A stretch of DNA of 64,000 nucleotides from an uncultured bacterium (GTDB lineage Bacteria; Verrucomicrobiota; Verrucomicrobiia; Limisphaerales; UBA8199), in contig CAVVMW010000015.1 of NCBI GenBank assembly GCA_963749495.1, forward strand, positions 32,001 through 96,000, given 5' to 3'. Positions 32,897 to 43,215 of this stretch are shown in pieces. The notes below the pieces were generated by a model. That model worked only from the letters and a program-made list of their open reading frames with translations. It did no database searches and was not told where the DNA came from. Position numbers and translations under genes: made by a program. Position 1 is the stretch's first letter, and every line of letters begins with the position of its first letter.

Positions 32897-34809
32897 CAGA
32901 GGGAGAGCAGGTATTGCACGAGATCCTCCACCTGGCTCGGGGTCAGGCGGGAGACGGTCCCGTGCTGGTCCTTGGGGTTGCGGGTGATGAGGACATCGCG
33001 CAGGGTGGCGGCGGAGCCGTCGTGCAGATAGGGGGCGGTGCGCCACAGTTCGCGGAGGGTGGGGGTGTCGAAGTCGCGGGCGTCCTTGTCGTAGGGATTG
33101 GTTGTGCCGACATCATAGGAGCGCAGGTCGGTGAAGAGGGGCGGTTCATGGCAATTGGCGCAGCCAACCTCGGGGCTTTCGAAGAGTTTTTGGCCGCGCT
33201 GGGCGGCGTCTAAGGGCCGGCCATTGACCAGGTAAGGGCTTGGGGCGGGCTGGAGAGACTTGAGCCATTCGTCCATGGCCCTGGGGACCTCCTCGGGCTG
33301 GACGCTGGCCAGCGAGTTGACGATGCCGTTGCGGACGGCCACACTGGCGTTGGCGCGGACGCCCAGGCTCATCGAAGGCGGGGTCCGGTGTGACCACACC
33401 AGGCTCTTGGTGTCCTTTGGGTTGCCGATGCCGTCGTTGACGAGGTCCCAATTGAGGGCGTCCACGCGCGCGTCCTCGTCGTGGCAACTGGCGCAGCTTT
33501 GCCACCCCTGGAAGCACAGGGTCGCGTCATTGAAATACATCTCGCCCCGGCGCAGGGTGCTGAGCCGGAGGCCGGGATTCAACGGCACGGCCTTGACGGC
33601 AGGCGCGCCGGTGGAAAGGTCCACCACATCGAGGGTGTCCGAGAAGTAGCCCGCAATCACGGCGCTCCGGCCTGCCAGGACCATTGCGCGCGGGCCGATG
33701 CCGTGGAGTTGGACGCGGCGGCGCAGGCCGTAGAGGAACGACAGGTCATTGGGCACCTCGGCAGCGCAGCGCGACGGGGCGGCGTCGCCGCTCCTGGGCG
33801 CAGCCGGGGGCGTGGCGGGCAACGCCTCGAGCTTGCGCTCGAGCGCGGGGAAATCGATCAGGCTCAGTTCATGAGTGCCGGCGTGGGTGACACAGAGCAG
33901 CCGGCCATCCGGCGACCAGGCCACCGCCCAGGGATTGGCCGCGCCATGGTCCACGTCGTCCAGCGGCACCGTGTTGAGCACTTCCATTCTGGCCAGATCC
34001 AGGAGCGTGAGCGCGCTGGTGTTGACCCAGCCGCGCGCAAGCTGGGTTAGCGGGAGTTGGAACCGGCCCACGGTTTGGGCCAGGGCGGCGTACTTGCCGT
34101 CCGGGCTGACGCGGATCTCGCGCAAGCCGATGCTGCCATTGGGCAGGCGCAACTCCTTGGCCACCTTGCGCTGCGCCACATCAATGACGCTCACCGTCGC
34201 CGCGACGTAGCTGACATCGTTGCGCCCCTTGGGCTGGTGATTGGCCACGAGCAGGAACCGGCCATCGCGCGTGAGCGCCGCCGACACCGGCTCGCGCGAC
34301 ACCGCTATCCGCGCCAGCTCTTTGTTCTCCTTGAGGTCGAACACGGAGACTGCGTCGTTGAACCGGTTGCAAACGAAGAGCACCCTGCCGTCGGCGCTCA
34401 GCACCGGGCTGAGGGCCGTGTGGCCGGCCGTCAACGTCGAGAGGACCTTGCCCGAGGGCAGTTCGACCTGGACGACGGGGCTTACGGGCGCGGCGCACGT
34501 GACGAAGAGCCGCGTCCCTTCGCCCGAGAGCGCCAGCCCCGACGGCGCCGCTGGCATTGCAAGCCGCCGCGCAATCACCCCTTGCGCCCGGTCGAAGACC
34601 AGGACCTGGTTGGCTGAGGCGCAGCCGATATACAGGGACCGGCCATCCGGCGATGCCGCCATGGCGCAGGGCGCAAGGTCTCCGGCAGAGGCACCGGAGG
34701 AATCGGCGGCCTGAGTGCAGCTCAACTGGCTGCCGAGCACGAACTGCACGGCGAGGAGCAAAGGGGGGCGGAAAACTCGAAATCCGGCCATCAGGCTGGT
34801 TTTGAGCAT
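32896..34809 (-). CDS. Secreted YVTN beta-propeller fused to a di-heme cytochrome c (CCP/MauG-like) domain
   Basis: Repeated SPDGR/SADGR blades; CASCH and [26 protein letters not shown]. Confidence 0.85.
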   Translation of the reverse strand: MLKTSLMAGFRVFRPPLLLAVQFVLGSQLSCTQAADSSGASAGDLAPCAMAASPDGRSLYIGCASANQVLVFDRAQGVIARRLAMPAAPSGLALSGEGTRLFVTCAAPVSPVVQVELPSGKVLSTLTAGHTALSPVLSADGRVLFVCNRFNDAVSVFDLKENKELARIAVSREPVSAALTRDGRFLLVANHQPKGRNDVSYVAATVSVIDVAQRKVAKELRLPNGSIGLREIRVSPDGKYAALAQTVGRFQLPLTQLARGWVNTSALTLLDLARMEVLNTVPLDDVDHGAANPWAVAWSPDGRLLCVTHAGTHELSLIDFPALERKLEALPATPPAAPRSGDAAPSRCAAEVPNDLSFLYGLRRRVQLHGIGPRAMVLAGRSAVIAGYFSDTLDVVDLSTGAPAVKAVPLNPGLRLSTLRRGEMYFNDATLCFQGWQSCASCHDEDARVDALNWDLVNDGIGNPKDTKSLVWSHRTPPSMSLGVRANASVAVRNGIVNSLASVQPEEVPRAMDEWLKSLQPAPSPYLVNGRPLDAAQRGQKLFESPEVGCANCHEPPLFTDLRSYDVGTTNPYDKDARDFDTPTLRELWRTAPYLHDGSAATLRDVLITRNPKDQHGTVSRLTPSQVEDLVQYLLSL

Positions 34810-35044
34810 TGCCACTTTGAATCCGAGATTTGAGATTCCAGATCTCGAATTCCCCGCAGCTTGCGAGCGCGATAGCCGGCAGCAGCCGGGACGATTTCCA
34901 TTCATGATGCTCCGAGCGACAACCACGCCAAATCCGACCACCGCGCATCAATGGTGTCAAGGAAAGTGTGTGGCAAGGCCGGGGCGTGGAATGTGAGCAG
35001 CAAAATTATGCGGGCCAGAGCAGGCCGACGTGTCTTCGCGGCCA

Positions 35045-35145
35045 GGGATTCATCCCGGAGGGATGAAAGAAGGTAGCCGGGGGTCGAAGCATAGCGAGAC
35101 CCCCGGTCCACTGACGGCCTTGGACCGGCATCCCTCCGGATTGGC
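35045..35145. repeat. REP-like element (TTCATCCCGGAGGGATGAA; CCGGGGGTC...GACCCCCGG)
   Basis: Successive short hairpins in the divergent intergenic region. Confidence 0.6.
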
Positions 35146-35450
35146 GGGTGTCTGGGCGCATCTCATCTTTGTCGAGCCCGGCCGAAGCCAGCGATGGGCG
35201 CGCGCGTCCGAACTCGCGAAGCGTTTTGGACTGCGGCAGTCCTCTGCCGCTTTTCGGACCCTGGGGACGCGAAAGCGCCAGAGGACTGGCGCAGTCCAAA
35301 ACCTTGCGGGCTTCCCGAGGCCGCGCTCCAATTGCCCGGCTTGCCGAGGGCCGACAAAGGGCAGGTGCGCCCCGCGAGAGAGGCGCTGCCAAAAAACTCT
35401 CGATCATTGTCCTGGCCGCAGGCAAGGTCGGAGCCGGTCTGGATTGCGGC

Positions 35451-38132
35451 ATGAAAGCGAAGATGCAGATCAGCATAGCAGCGGCGCTGCTGCTCGGGGC
35501 CTCCGCCGACGCGGCCGAGCTCTACGTCAGACAACCCGCCTGGGAGCAGACGATGTGCTCGTCGCGAGGGGCCATTGCCGCGGCATCGCTCCCCGCCGGC
35601 GAGCAGGCGAAGGCTGCGGCGGAGATTTGGTTTCGGGTCAAGGACGATTTTCCAATCCAATGGGACTGGGCGGAGCAGGACGGGGGCGAGGGCTTTGCGG
35701 GTTGGTTTTGCTCGAGTCAAAACACGGTCCTGGAAAGGCAAATGATTAAAAAGGTCCTGGGTGAGTTGGGCGAGCCGGGGCGGGCGCTGGGCCAGGAGCT
35801 GGAGGTCCTGATGCAGACCAAAGCGCCGGCCACAGGCCCGCGCTGGCTGGACCTCTATGCGAGGGCCTGCGAGCAGCGGCGCCGGCAGCGGCTCCACACC
35901 CTCCAGGCCAGGGCTCCCCGCATCGTCTTCGTCAAACATCGGACCATCCGCCCCTCGTTCTTCGCCTACACGGAAGGACAGTCCGACGCCCAGAACGAGC
36001 GCCATTTTCTCCCAGGGGCCGAGCTGTGCCTGCTGGACTTGGATGGGCTCAAGGTGCGCACGCTCCTGGGCGATCCGGGCGGGGCAATCCGCGACCCGGC
36101 CGTCTCGTGGGACGGCCGCCGCGTGCTCTTTGCATGGAAGAAATCGCTCGGCGAAGACGACTACCATCTTTACGAACTGGACACGGCCTCCGGCTCCAAC
36201 GAGGTCCGGCAGATTACCTCGGGCCTGGGCTTTGCCGATTACGAGCCTGCCTACCTGGCCAATGACGACATCATCTTCGCCTCGACACGTTGCGTGCAGA
36301 CAGTGGATTGCTGGTGGACCGAGGTCAGCAGCCTCTACACCTGCGATTCCCAGGGACGATTCCTGCGCCGCCTGGGTTTCGACCAGGTCCACACGCTCTA
36401 CCCCCAGCTCCTGGACGATGGGCGGGTGATCTACACGCGCTGGGACTACAACGACCGGGGCCAGGTCTTTCCGCAGGGCCTGTTCCAGATGTACCCCGAC
36501 GGCACGGGCCAGACCGAGTTTTACGGCAACAATAGCTGGTTTCCCACCACCATCGCCCATGCGCGCGGCATCCCGGGCACGCAGCGTGTCCTGGCCATTC
36601 TCTGCGGGCATCACACGGCCCAGGCGGGCAAACTCGCCGTGATCGACCCTGCCCGCGGCCGGCAGGAAAACAGCGGCGTCCAATTGGTCGCGCCGGTTCG
36701 CGACACCCCGGCCGAGCGGATCGATGCCTACGGCCAGGAGGGCGAGTTGTGGCAGTATCCCTATCCTTTGGACGCGGAGCAGTGTCTGGCGGCCTACGCG
36801 CCTCTGGGCTGGGACCGCCCGCCGCAGCGCCGCGGCGATGCCGCCTTTTGCGTTTACTGGATGGACCTGGCGGGCCGGCGGGAGTTGCTGGTTTCGGACC
36901 CGCGCCTGCCCTGCACGCAGCCGGTGCCCCTTGCCGCCCGCCCGCGCGCGCTGGCCTGGGCCAACCGCGTGGATTACACGCGCGCCAACGGCACCTACTA
37001 TGTGCAGGACATCTACGCCGGGCCCGGCCTGGCCGGCATCCCGCGCGGGACGATCAAGAAACTGCGCGTGGTCGCCCTCGAATACCGCGCGGCCGGCATC
37101 GGCAACAACGGCAACGCCGGTCCCGGCGGCGGCGCCCTGGTCTGCACTCCCATCTCGATCGGCAACGGTTCCTGGGATGTCAAGACCGTCCTCGGCCAGG
37201 TCACCGTCCATGAAGACGGCTCAGCCCTGTTCACCGTGCCGGCCCGCACACCTGTCTATTTCCAGGCCCTCGACCAACGCGGCTGCGCCCTCCAGACCAT
37301 GCGCAGTTGGAGCACGCTCCAGCCCGGCGAATACTTCGGCTGCGTCGGCTGCCACGAGCACAAGAACACCGCCCCGCCCACCGAAGGCTACGGCTTCAGC
37401 CTCGCCATGAAGGCCGGTCCCCAGGAAATCGAGCCGTTTTACGGCCCGCCGCGCGGTTTCAGTTTCCCGGCGGAGATTCAGCCCATCCTCGACCGCCACT
37501 GCACCCGGTGCCATCGCGACCGCGAGCCCGTCCAGGCCCTGGCGGCCGGCATCGCCTCGCGCCCATTGCTCGAACGCGCCCCCTCGGAACGCGCCTCCGC
37601 CCCGGCCCCGGCCGCCCCGACCCAGGACGAACTTGCCTTCAGCCTCCTGGGCGAGGTGACCGTGGACCAGACCGCAAAACGCAAGTGGAGCGACTCCTAT
37701 CTCCTGCTCACCCAATGCACCCGCGACGCGGCGGCCGAGTCCCTGGGGGCCTTCGTGGGGAATTGCCAGGGACGGGTCGTCAACTGGCTCGGCGCCCAGT
37801 CCCCGCCCGAGCCGGTGCCGCCCGGTTCTGCCGGCGCGGCCCGGAGCCAGTTGCTCACTCTGCTGGAGAAAGGCCATAAGGGCGTCAAGCTCTCCCGCGA
37901 GGAACTCGAGAAGCTCGCCTGCTGGATCGATCTCTATGTGCCCTACTGCGGCAGTTACATCGAGGCCAATGCCTGGACCGAGCCGGAGATGAGGCGCTAC
38001 GAGCACTTCGCCGAGAAACGCCGCCAGATGGAGGAGATCGAGCAGGACAACCTCCGCGCCCTCCTGGGGCGCAACGCCCCCTCGGCACGCGGCCCGCGCC
38101 TGCCCGGGCCGATGCGGATGAATATGAGGTGA
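35451..38132 (+). CDS. Secreted hydrazine-synthase-alpha-like protein (TolB-like propeller, middle domain, two CxxCH)
   Basis: Signal peptide; DPAVSWDGRRVLF; YTRWDY; DGSALFTVPARTPVYFQALD...MRSW...PGE..GCVGCHE; IQPILDRHCTRCH. Confidence 0.8.
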   Translation: MKAKMQISIAAALLLGASADAAELYVRQPAWEQTMCSSRGAIAAASLPAGEQAKAAAEIWFRVKDDFPIQWDWAEQDGGEGFAGWFCSSQNTVLERQMIKKVLGELGEPGRALGQELEVLMQTKAPATGPRWLDLYARACEQRRRQRLHTLQARAPRIVFVKHRTIRPSFFAYTEGQSDAQNERHFLPGAELCLLDLDGLKVRTLLGDPGGAIRDPAVSWDGRRVLFAWKKSLGEDDYHLYELDTASGSNEVRQITSGLGFADYEPAYLANDDIIFASTRCVQTVDCWWTEVSSLYTCDSQGRFLRRLGFDQVHTLYPQLLDDGRVIYTRWDYNDRGQVFPQGLFQMYPDGTGQTEFYGNNSWFPTTIAHARGIPGTQRVLAILCGHHTAQAGKLAVIDPARGRQENSGVQLVAPVRDTPAERIDAYGQEGELWQYPYPLDAEQCLAAYAPLGWDRPPQRRGDAAFCVYWMDLAGRRELLVSDPRLPCTQPVPLAARPRALAWANRVDYTRANGTYYVQDIYAGPGLAGIPRGTIKKLRVVALEYRAAGIGNNGNAGPGGGALVCTPISIGNGSWDVKTVLGQVTVHEDGSALFTVPARTPVYFQALDQRGCALQTMRSWSTLQPGEYFGCVGCHEHKNTAPPTEGYGFSLAMKAGPQEIEPFYGPPRGFSFPAEIQPILDRHCTRCHRDREPVQALAAGIASRPLLERAPSERASAPAPAAPTQDELAFSLLGEVTVDQTAKRKWSDSYLLLTQCTRDAAAESLGAFVGNCQGRVVNWLGAQSPPEPVPPGSAGAARSQLLTLLEKGHKGVKLSREELEKLACWIDLYVPYCGSYIEANAWTEPEMRRYEHFAEKRRQMEEIEQDNLRALLGRNAPSARGPRLPGPMRMNMR

Positions 38133-38206
38133 GGGGTTGGCCTGAGCCCGAACGCGCGAAAGCGAAAGGGCTTGCACGGCATGGGCGCTCTAGTAATTTG
38201 CTACTC

Positions 38207-38437
38207 ATGACAGTCGTCCACATGAGCGAGAAAGGCCAGATCGTCGTCCCCAAGGAGATCAGGGATCGGCGCGGTTACGTGAACGGCAGCGCCTTCGTGG
38301 TCCAGGAAACCAAGGACGGCTCGCTCTATCTGCGTCCGGCCAACCCGAGGCCCAAGCTGGACCTCATCGAGCACCTCAAACGACTGAGGGGCCTTGAGAT
38401 CCCGGAGATCCACGCGCACTGCCCGCCGCGCGTATGA
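38207..38437 (+). CDS. AbrB/MazE-type antitoxin
   Basis: MSEKGQIVVPKEIRDR; ATGA overlap with the PIN gene. Confidence 0.85.
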   Translation: MTVVHMSEKGQIVVPKEIRDRRGYVNGSAFVVQETKDGSLYLRPANPRPKLDLIEHLKRLRGLEIPEIHAHCPPRV

Positions 38438-38862
38438 TCTGGCTTTTGGATACGAACATCGTCGCCGAGGCAACCAAAGCGGCCTCAGACCCCAACTGCC
38501 TGGCCTGGCTGGACGCCAGGCTCGGCCAATGCGCCCTGTCCTCGATCACGATCGCGGAAATGCGTTGGGGTATCGAGCGACTTGCCGACGGAAAGAGGAA
38601 AACCGAGTTGCAGCGCCAGTTCGACTTTCTCACCGAAGATTACCGTGGCAGGTTCTACGAGTTTGACGGGGCGGCCGCTTTCGAATGGGGCCGGTACGCC
38701 GCTGAACTGGAGGCAATGTACGGTTTGGAGTGGTGGAAGCAGTTCGATTTCCGCGACACGCAGATAGCGGCCATTGCTCGGGAATATGGTTTGACCATCG
38801 CAACAAGAAACGTCCGCCATTTCCCCTTCTGCACGATCGAGAATCCTTTCGAATCACAATAG
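38434..38862 (+). CDS. vapC: PIN-domain toxin (VapC family)
   Basis: WLLDTNIV, SSITIAE, DTQIAAIA, ATRNVRHF. Confidence 0.9.
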   Translation: MIWLLDTNIVAEATKAASDPNCLAWLDARLGQCALSSITIAEMRWGIERLADGKRKTELQRQFDFLTEDYRGRFYEFDGAAAFEWGRYAAELEAMYGLEWWKQFDFRDTQIAAIAREYGLTIATRNVRHFPFCTIENPFESQ

Positions 38863-38929
38863 CCGCACCCGCGTGGGACTGGGGAAATGCGGCCCCCCGT
38901 ATTCGGCGCATATTCGGCCCCTATTCCTT

Positions 38930-38958
38930 TTGACATCCTCCTCCCCTTGGGCCATTGT
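38930..38958 (+). promoter_or_regulatory. Sigma70-like promoter of topB
   Basis: TTGACA-17 nt-CATTGT, 60 nt upstream of the ATG. Confidence 0.4.
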
Positions 38959-39018
38959 CCGGGAGTTTTTGTGGAGTTTACAACACAGAAACACTGAGTT
39001 TAATTAGTAGCAGGACGA

Positions 39019-41833
39019 ATGGGTAAGGCATTGATTATTGCGGAGAAACCGTCCGTGGCGGGCGATATCGCCCGCGCCCTGGGAGGTTTCAGGCGAAACG
39101 GCGACTTTTTCGAAAGCGACCGGCATGTCCTGTCGTCGGCTGTCGGGCACCTGCTCGAGTTGTGCGTGCCGGAGCAATACGAGGTCAAGCGCGGCAAGTG
39201 GACCTTCGCCCATTTGCCGGTCATTCCCCCGCACTTCGACCTGCAGCCCCTGGAGAGGACCGAGTCGCGCCTCAATCTGTTGCTCAAGCTCATCGGGCGC
39301 AAGGACGTTGAGCTCCTGATTAACGCGTGCGATGCGGGGCGGGAGGGCGAGTTGATCTTCCGCAACATCGTCCAGCACGCCAAGGCCAACAAGCCGATCC
39401 AGCGCCTGTGGCTCCAGTTCGATGACCCAGTCGGCCATCCGCGAGGGCTTTGCCCACCTGCGCGACGATGCCTCGATGCGTCCGCTGGCCGATGCGGCGG
39501 TGTGCCGCTCCGAGTCCGATTGGCTGGTGGGCATCAACGGCACGCGCGCCATGACCGCCTTCAACTCGAAGACCGGCGGGTTCCATCTCACCACGGTCGG
39601 GCGGGTGCAAACCCCCACACTGGCCATCCTGGTGGAACGGGAGGAGCGCATCAAGAACTTCGTGGCCCGGGATTACTGGGAGGTCCACGGCACTTTCGGC
39701 GCCCGGGCAGGCCAATACACCGGCCGATGGTTCGACGAGAAATTCACCCGCAAAGACGGCGACACCGACCTGAAGCCGGAGCGTCTCTGGGACCTCAGGC
39801 AGGCGGAGGCCATCCGCGCCAAGTGCCTGGGCAAACCGGGGATCGTCACCGAAGAGAGCAAGCCGACAACGCAGCTTTCGCCGTTGCTCTACGATTTGAC
39901 CAGCCTCCAGCGCGAGGCCAACAGCCGCTTCGGGTTTTCCGCCAAGACCACCCTGTCGCTGGCGCAGGCCCTGTATGAGAGGCACAAGGTGCTCACGTAT
40001 CCGCGCACCGATGCGCGCGCCCTCCCAGAGGATTACCTGGGCACGGTCAAGGACACGCTTGGCATGCTGGGCCAGACCCAATACGCCCCGTTCGCAGGCC
40101 AGGTCCTGCAGAACGGCTGGGTCAAGCCCAACAAGCGGATCTTCAACAATGCGAAGATCTCCGATCACTTCGCCATCATCCCGACGACCCAGGCGCCGCG
40201 CAATCTGGGCGAGGCGGAGGCCAAGCTCTATGACATGGTCGCGCGGCGGTTCCTGGCCATCTTCTTCCCGGCCGCCGAGTTTCTGGAGACCACCCGCATC
40301 ACGCGCGTCGAGGCCGAGCCCTTCAAGAGCGTCGGCAAGGTCCTGGTCAGCGCCGGCTGGCTGGCGGTCTATGGCCGCGAGGCGCAGACTGACGACACAC
40401 CGAACCTGACGCCGGTGCAGCGCAACGAGACGGTCAAGACGGCCAAGGTCGAGGTCATGGCCTGCCAGACAAAGCCCCCGCCGCGCTTCACCGAGGCCAC
40501 GCTGCTCACCGCTATGGAAGGCGCCGGCAAGTTGGTGGATGACGAGGAACTGCGCGAGGCCATGGAAGAAAAGGGCCTGGGCACGCCGGCCACGCGCGCC
40601 CAGATCATCGAGGGCCTGATCTACGAGAAATACGTGTTGCGGCAGGGACGCGATCTGGAGCCGACCGCCAAGGCCTTTTCCCTCATGGCCCTGTTGCGCG
40701 GCCTGGGCATCCCCGAGCTCTCTTCGCCCGAGTTGACCGGCGACTGGGAGTTCAAGCTCCGCCGCATGGAGCGCGGCCAGATGAGACGCGCCGAGTTCAT
40801 GAAGGAAATCGGCCAGGTCGCCCGCGCTATCGTCGAAAAAGCCCGGCGCCACGAGAGCGACACCGTGCCGGGCGACTTCGGCACGCTCAAGGCCCCGTGC
40901 CCCAAGTGCGGCGGCGAGATTCACGAAAACTACAAGAAGTTCCAGTGCCAGAAATGCGAATTCGGTCTCTGGAAGATCGTCGCCGGGCGCCAGCTCGAAA
41001 TCCCGGAAGTCGAACAACTCATCGCTCAGGGCCAGGTCGGCCCGCTCCAGGGCTTCCGCAGCAAGCTGGGCCGGCCCTTTGCCGCCGTCATCAGGCTGAC
41101 CGCCGAATTCAAACCCGAATTCGATTTCGGCCCCGAAAAGGCCCAGGACAACGGGGCCGGCGCCGAGATTGATTTTTCCGGCCAGGAGCCCGTGGGCAAG
41201 TGCCCCAAGTGCGGCAAGCGCGTCTTCGAGCTGCCCATGCAATACGTGTGCGAGCGCAGCGTCGGCCCCGCCCGCTCGTGCGGCTTCCGCGCCGGCAAGG
41301 TCATCCTCCAGCAACCCCTGGAGCGGCCCCAGGCCCAGAAGCTCCTTCAAACCGGCAAGACCGATCTGCTCGAAAGGTTCATCTCCCGGAAGGGCCGCCC
41401 CTTCAAGGCCTTCCTCGTGCTCAAGGACGGCGAGGTCGGCTTCGAGTTCGAACCCCGCGCCGCCCGGTCCAAGGCCGCAGCCTCGAAGGCCGCCACGGGC
41501 CAGCCCGGGACTCCGCCGCCCACGCTCGATTTCACCGGCCAGGAGCCGCTCGGCGTTTGTCCCAAGTGCCGCGGGCGGGTCTTCGAGGCCCAGGCGGCCT
41601 ATCTCTGCGAGAAATCGCAGGCCGCCAAGCGCCCCTGCAAATTCAAAATTAACAAGGTCATCCTCCAGCAAGCCATCAACCGCGCCCAGGCCGCCCGGCT
41701 CCTGGCCGAACAACGAACCGACCTGCTCTCAAAGTTCATCTCCAAGACCGGCCGGCCCTTCTCCGCCTACCTCGTCATGGACGACGAGGGCAACGTCACC
41801 TTCGATTTCCCCCCGCGTGAAGAAAAAGGCTAA
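39019..41833 (+). CDS. topB: DNA topoisomerase III with C-terminal Zn-ribbon repeats; +1 frameshift near 39418
   Basis: IIAEKPSVA, NACDAGREGELIF, RLWLQ/SMT across the frameshift, GRVQTPTL, LTYPRTD, GLGTPATRA. Confidence 0.93.
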
Positions 41834-42014
41834 AGGCGAGAAGAAAAGGCTAAAGGCTAAAGGCTAAAGGCTAAAGTGTCGGCGCCCCGTACGGTCTCCC
41901 GTAGCGCAACCTCTGCGCATTCCTGACTCTGCGTCGCCCCTCCCTGTTCTCCGCACTTTAGCCTTTAGCCTTTAGCCTTTAGCCTTTTTCTTCGCGCCTT
42001 TAGCCTTTAGCCTT
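41826..42014. repeat. (AAAGGCT)n and inverted (AGCCTTT)n heptamer arrays between topB and xerC
   Basis: 41826-41876 and 41957-42014; the first unit contains the topB TAA. Confidence 0.92.
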
Positions 42015-42019
42015 TCCGG

Positions 42020-42994
42020 ATGAGTCCGCCGGCTGGGATTTCAGACGAATGGCTCGCCAGGTTCCTGCAGCACCTGGCGACGGACCGCGGGGCCTCCGGC
42101 TACACGCAACGCAATTACCGCCAGGCGCTCCTGGAGTTCTGCGCCTGGCACCGCGAGCAGCGCGAGCAACCCCCCGCCTGGCCCGCCCTCCAACGCGACG
42201 ATTTCCGCGCCTACGTGCGGTTCCTGGGCAGGCGCAATCTCGGCCGCGCCGCCATCCAACTCCGCTTCTCGGCCCTGCGGACATTTTATCGGTTCCTGGT
42301 CCGGCACGGGGCCGTGGCCGCCTCGCCCATCAAGAGCCTGGCCCTGCCCAAGCTGGGCCGGCGCCTGCCGCGGTTCCTCACCGCCCAACAGATGAAGGAC
42401 CTGCTCGAGGCCCCCGCCAAGCTCCTGCCCGCCCCGGGCCAGACCGACTCCACCGCCGACCCCCGAGGCCAAAGGCGTCGGAACGCGCAGTTGCGCTGCC
42501 TGCGCAACGCGGCCGCATTCGAGACCATCTACTCGTGCGGCCTGCGCATCGGCGAACTCTGCGCGTTGAGCGCCGAGGACATCGATTGGGCCGAGCATCT
42601 CGTCCGGGTCCGCGGCAAGGGCAAAAAAGAGCGCCAGGTCCCGATCGGCGAGCCGGCCCTGCGTGCCATCGGCAATTACTGGCAACTCCTGAGTCCCAGG
42701 CCGGCCGGGCGCTCTCCGGTCTTCTTGAGCAAGGCGGGGTCTTCGTTGCCGGTCTCTGCCCGCCAGTTGCAGTATCGCCTCAAGAAATACCTCGCCTTCG
42801 CCGGTCTGGATGGGCGCCTCACGCCCCACAAGCTGCGGCACAGCTACGCCACGCACATTCTGGACGCCGGCGCCGATTTGCGCAGCGTCCAGGAGTTGCT
42901 GGGCCATGCCCACCTGGCCACCACCCAGGTCTATACCCACCTCACCACCGAGCATCTCAAGCGTGCCTATGATAAGGCGCACCCAAGGGCGTAA
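42020..42994 (+). CDS. xerC: Tyrosine recombinase XerC
   Basis: YSCGLRIGEL, VRGKGKKER, TPHKLRHSYATH, VQELLGHAHLATTQVYTH; follows the topoisomerase gene. Confidence 0.85.
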   Translation: MSPPAGISDEWLARFLQHLATDRGASGYTQRNYRQALLEFCAWHREQREQPPAWPALQRDDFRAYVRFLGRRNLGRAAIQLRFSALRTFYRFLVRHGAVAASPIKSLALPKLGRRLPRFLTAQQMKDLLEAPAKLLPAPGQTDSTADPRGQRRRNAQLRCLRNAAAFETIYSCGLRIGELCALSAEDIDWAEHLVRVRGKGKKERQVPIGEPALRAIGNYWQLLSPRPAGRSPVFLSKAGSSLPVSARQLQYRLKKYLAFAGLDGRLTPHKLRHSYATHILDAGADLRSVQELLGHAHLATTQVYTHLTTEHLKRAYDKAHPRA

Positions 42995-43138
42995 CCCCTC
43001 ACCCCGGCCCTCTCCCCTCCGAGGGGAGAGGGAGAAGTGTCGGCAATCTCTGGAATTCCCAGGCGCCCCCGCTTCCTGAAGCCGCTACCGAGAACTCCCC
43101 CTCTCCCCTTCAGAAGGGGAGAGGGCCGGGGTGAGGGG
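42995..43138. repeat. REP pair CCCCTCACCCCGGCCCTCTCCCC...GGGGAGAGGGCCGGGGTGAGGGG; a single arm also at 58983-59024
   Basis: Inverted arms with internal hairpins, between convergent genes. Confidence 0.9.
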
Positions 43139-43215
43139 TCTGCCCGCCGTGCGCCTTGCCTCCGGGCGTAACCTGGAGGATTTCATATTTGAAATCTGAA
43201 ATTTGAAATTTCAGC

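Noticed and set aside
35148..35450. N-terminal ORF extensions given by the track (also 43216-46281, 54448, 51591-52268, 11013)
   Set aside because: They read through REP or heptamer repeats (VLDCGSPL, FWTAAVL, SSFVIRH, PRPSTLD) or antisense to real genes
32896..38132. Calling the organism anammox or naming the genes hzsA/B/C
   Set aside because: Only architecture-level similarity is visible; no other anammox genes are present and the context is saccharolytic
42020..42994. Tyrosine recombinase as an island or integron integrase
   Set aside because: XerC-like sequence downstream of a topoisomerase gene, no IntI patch, no att or attC sites seen
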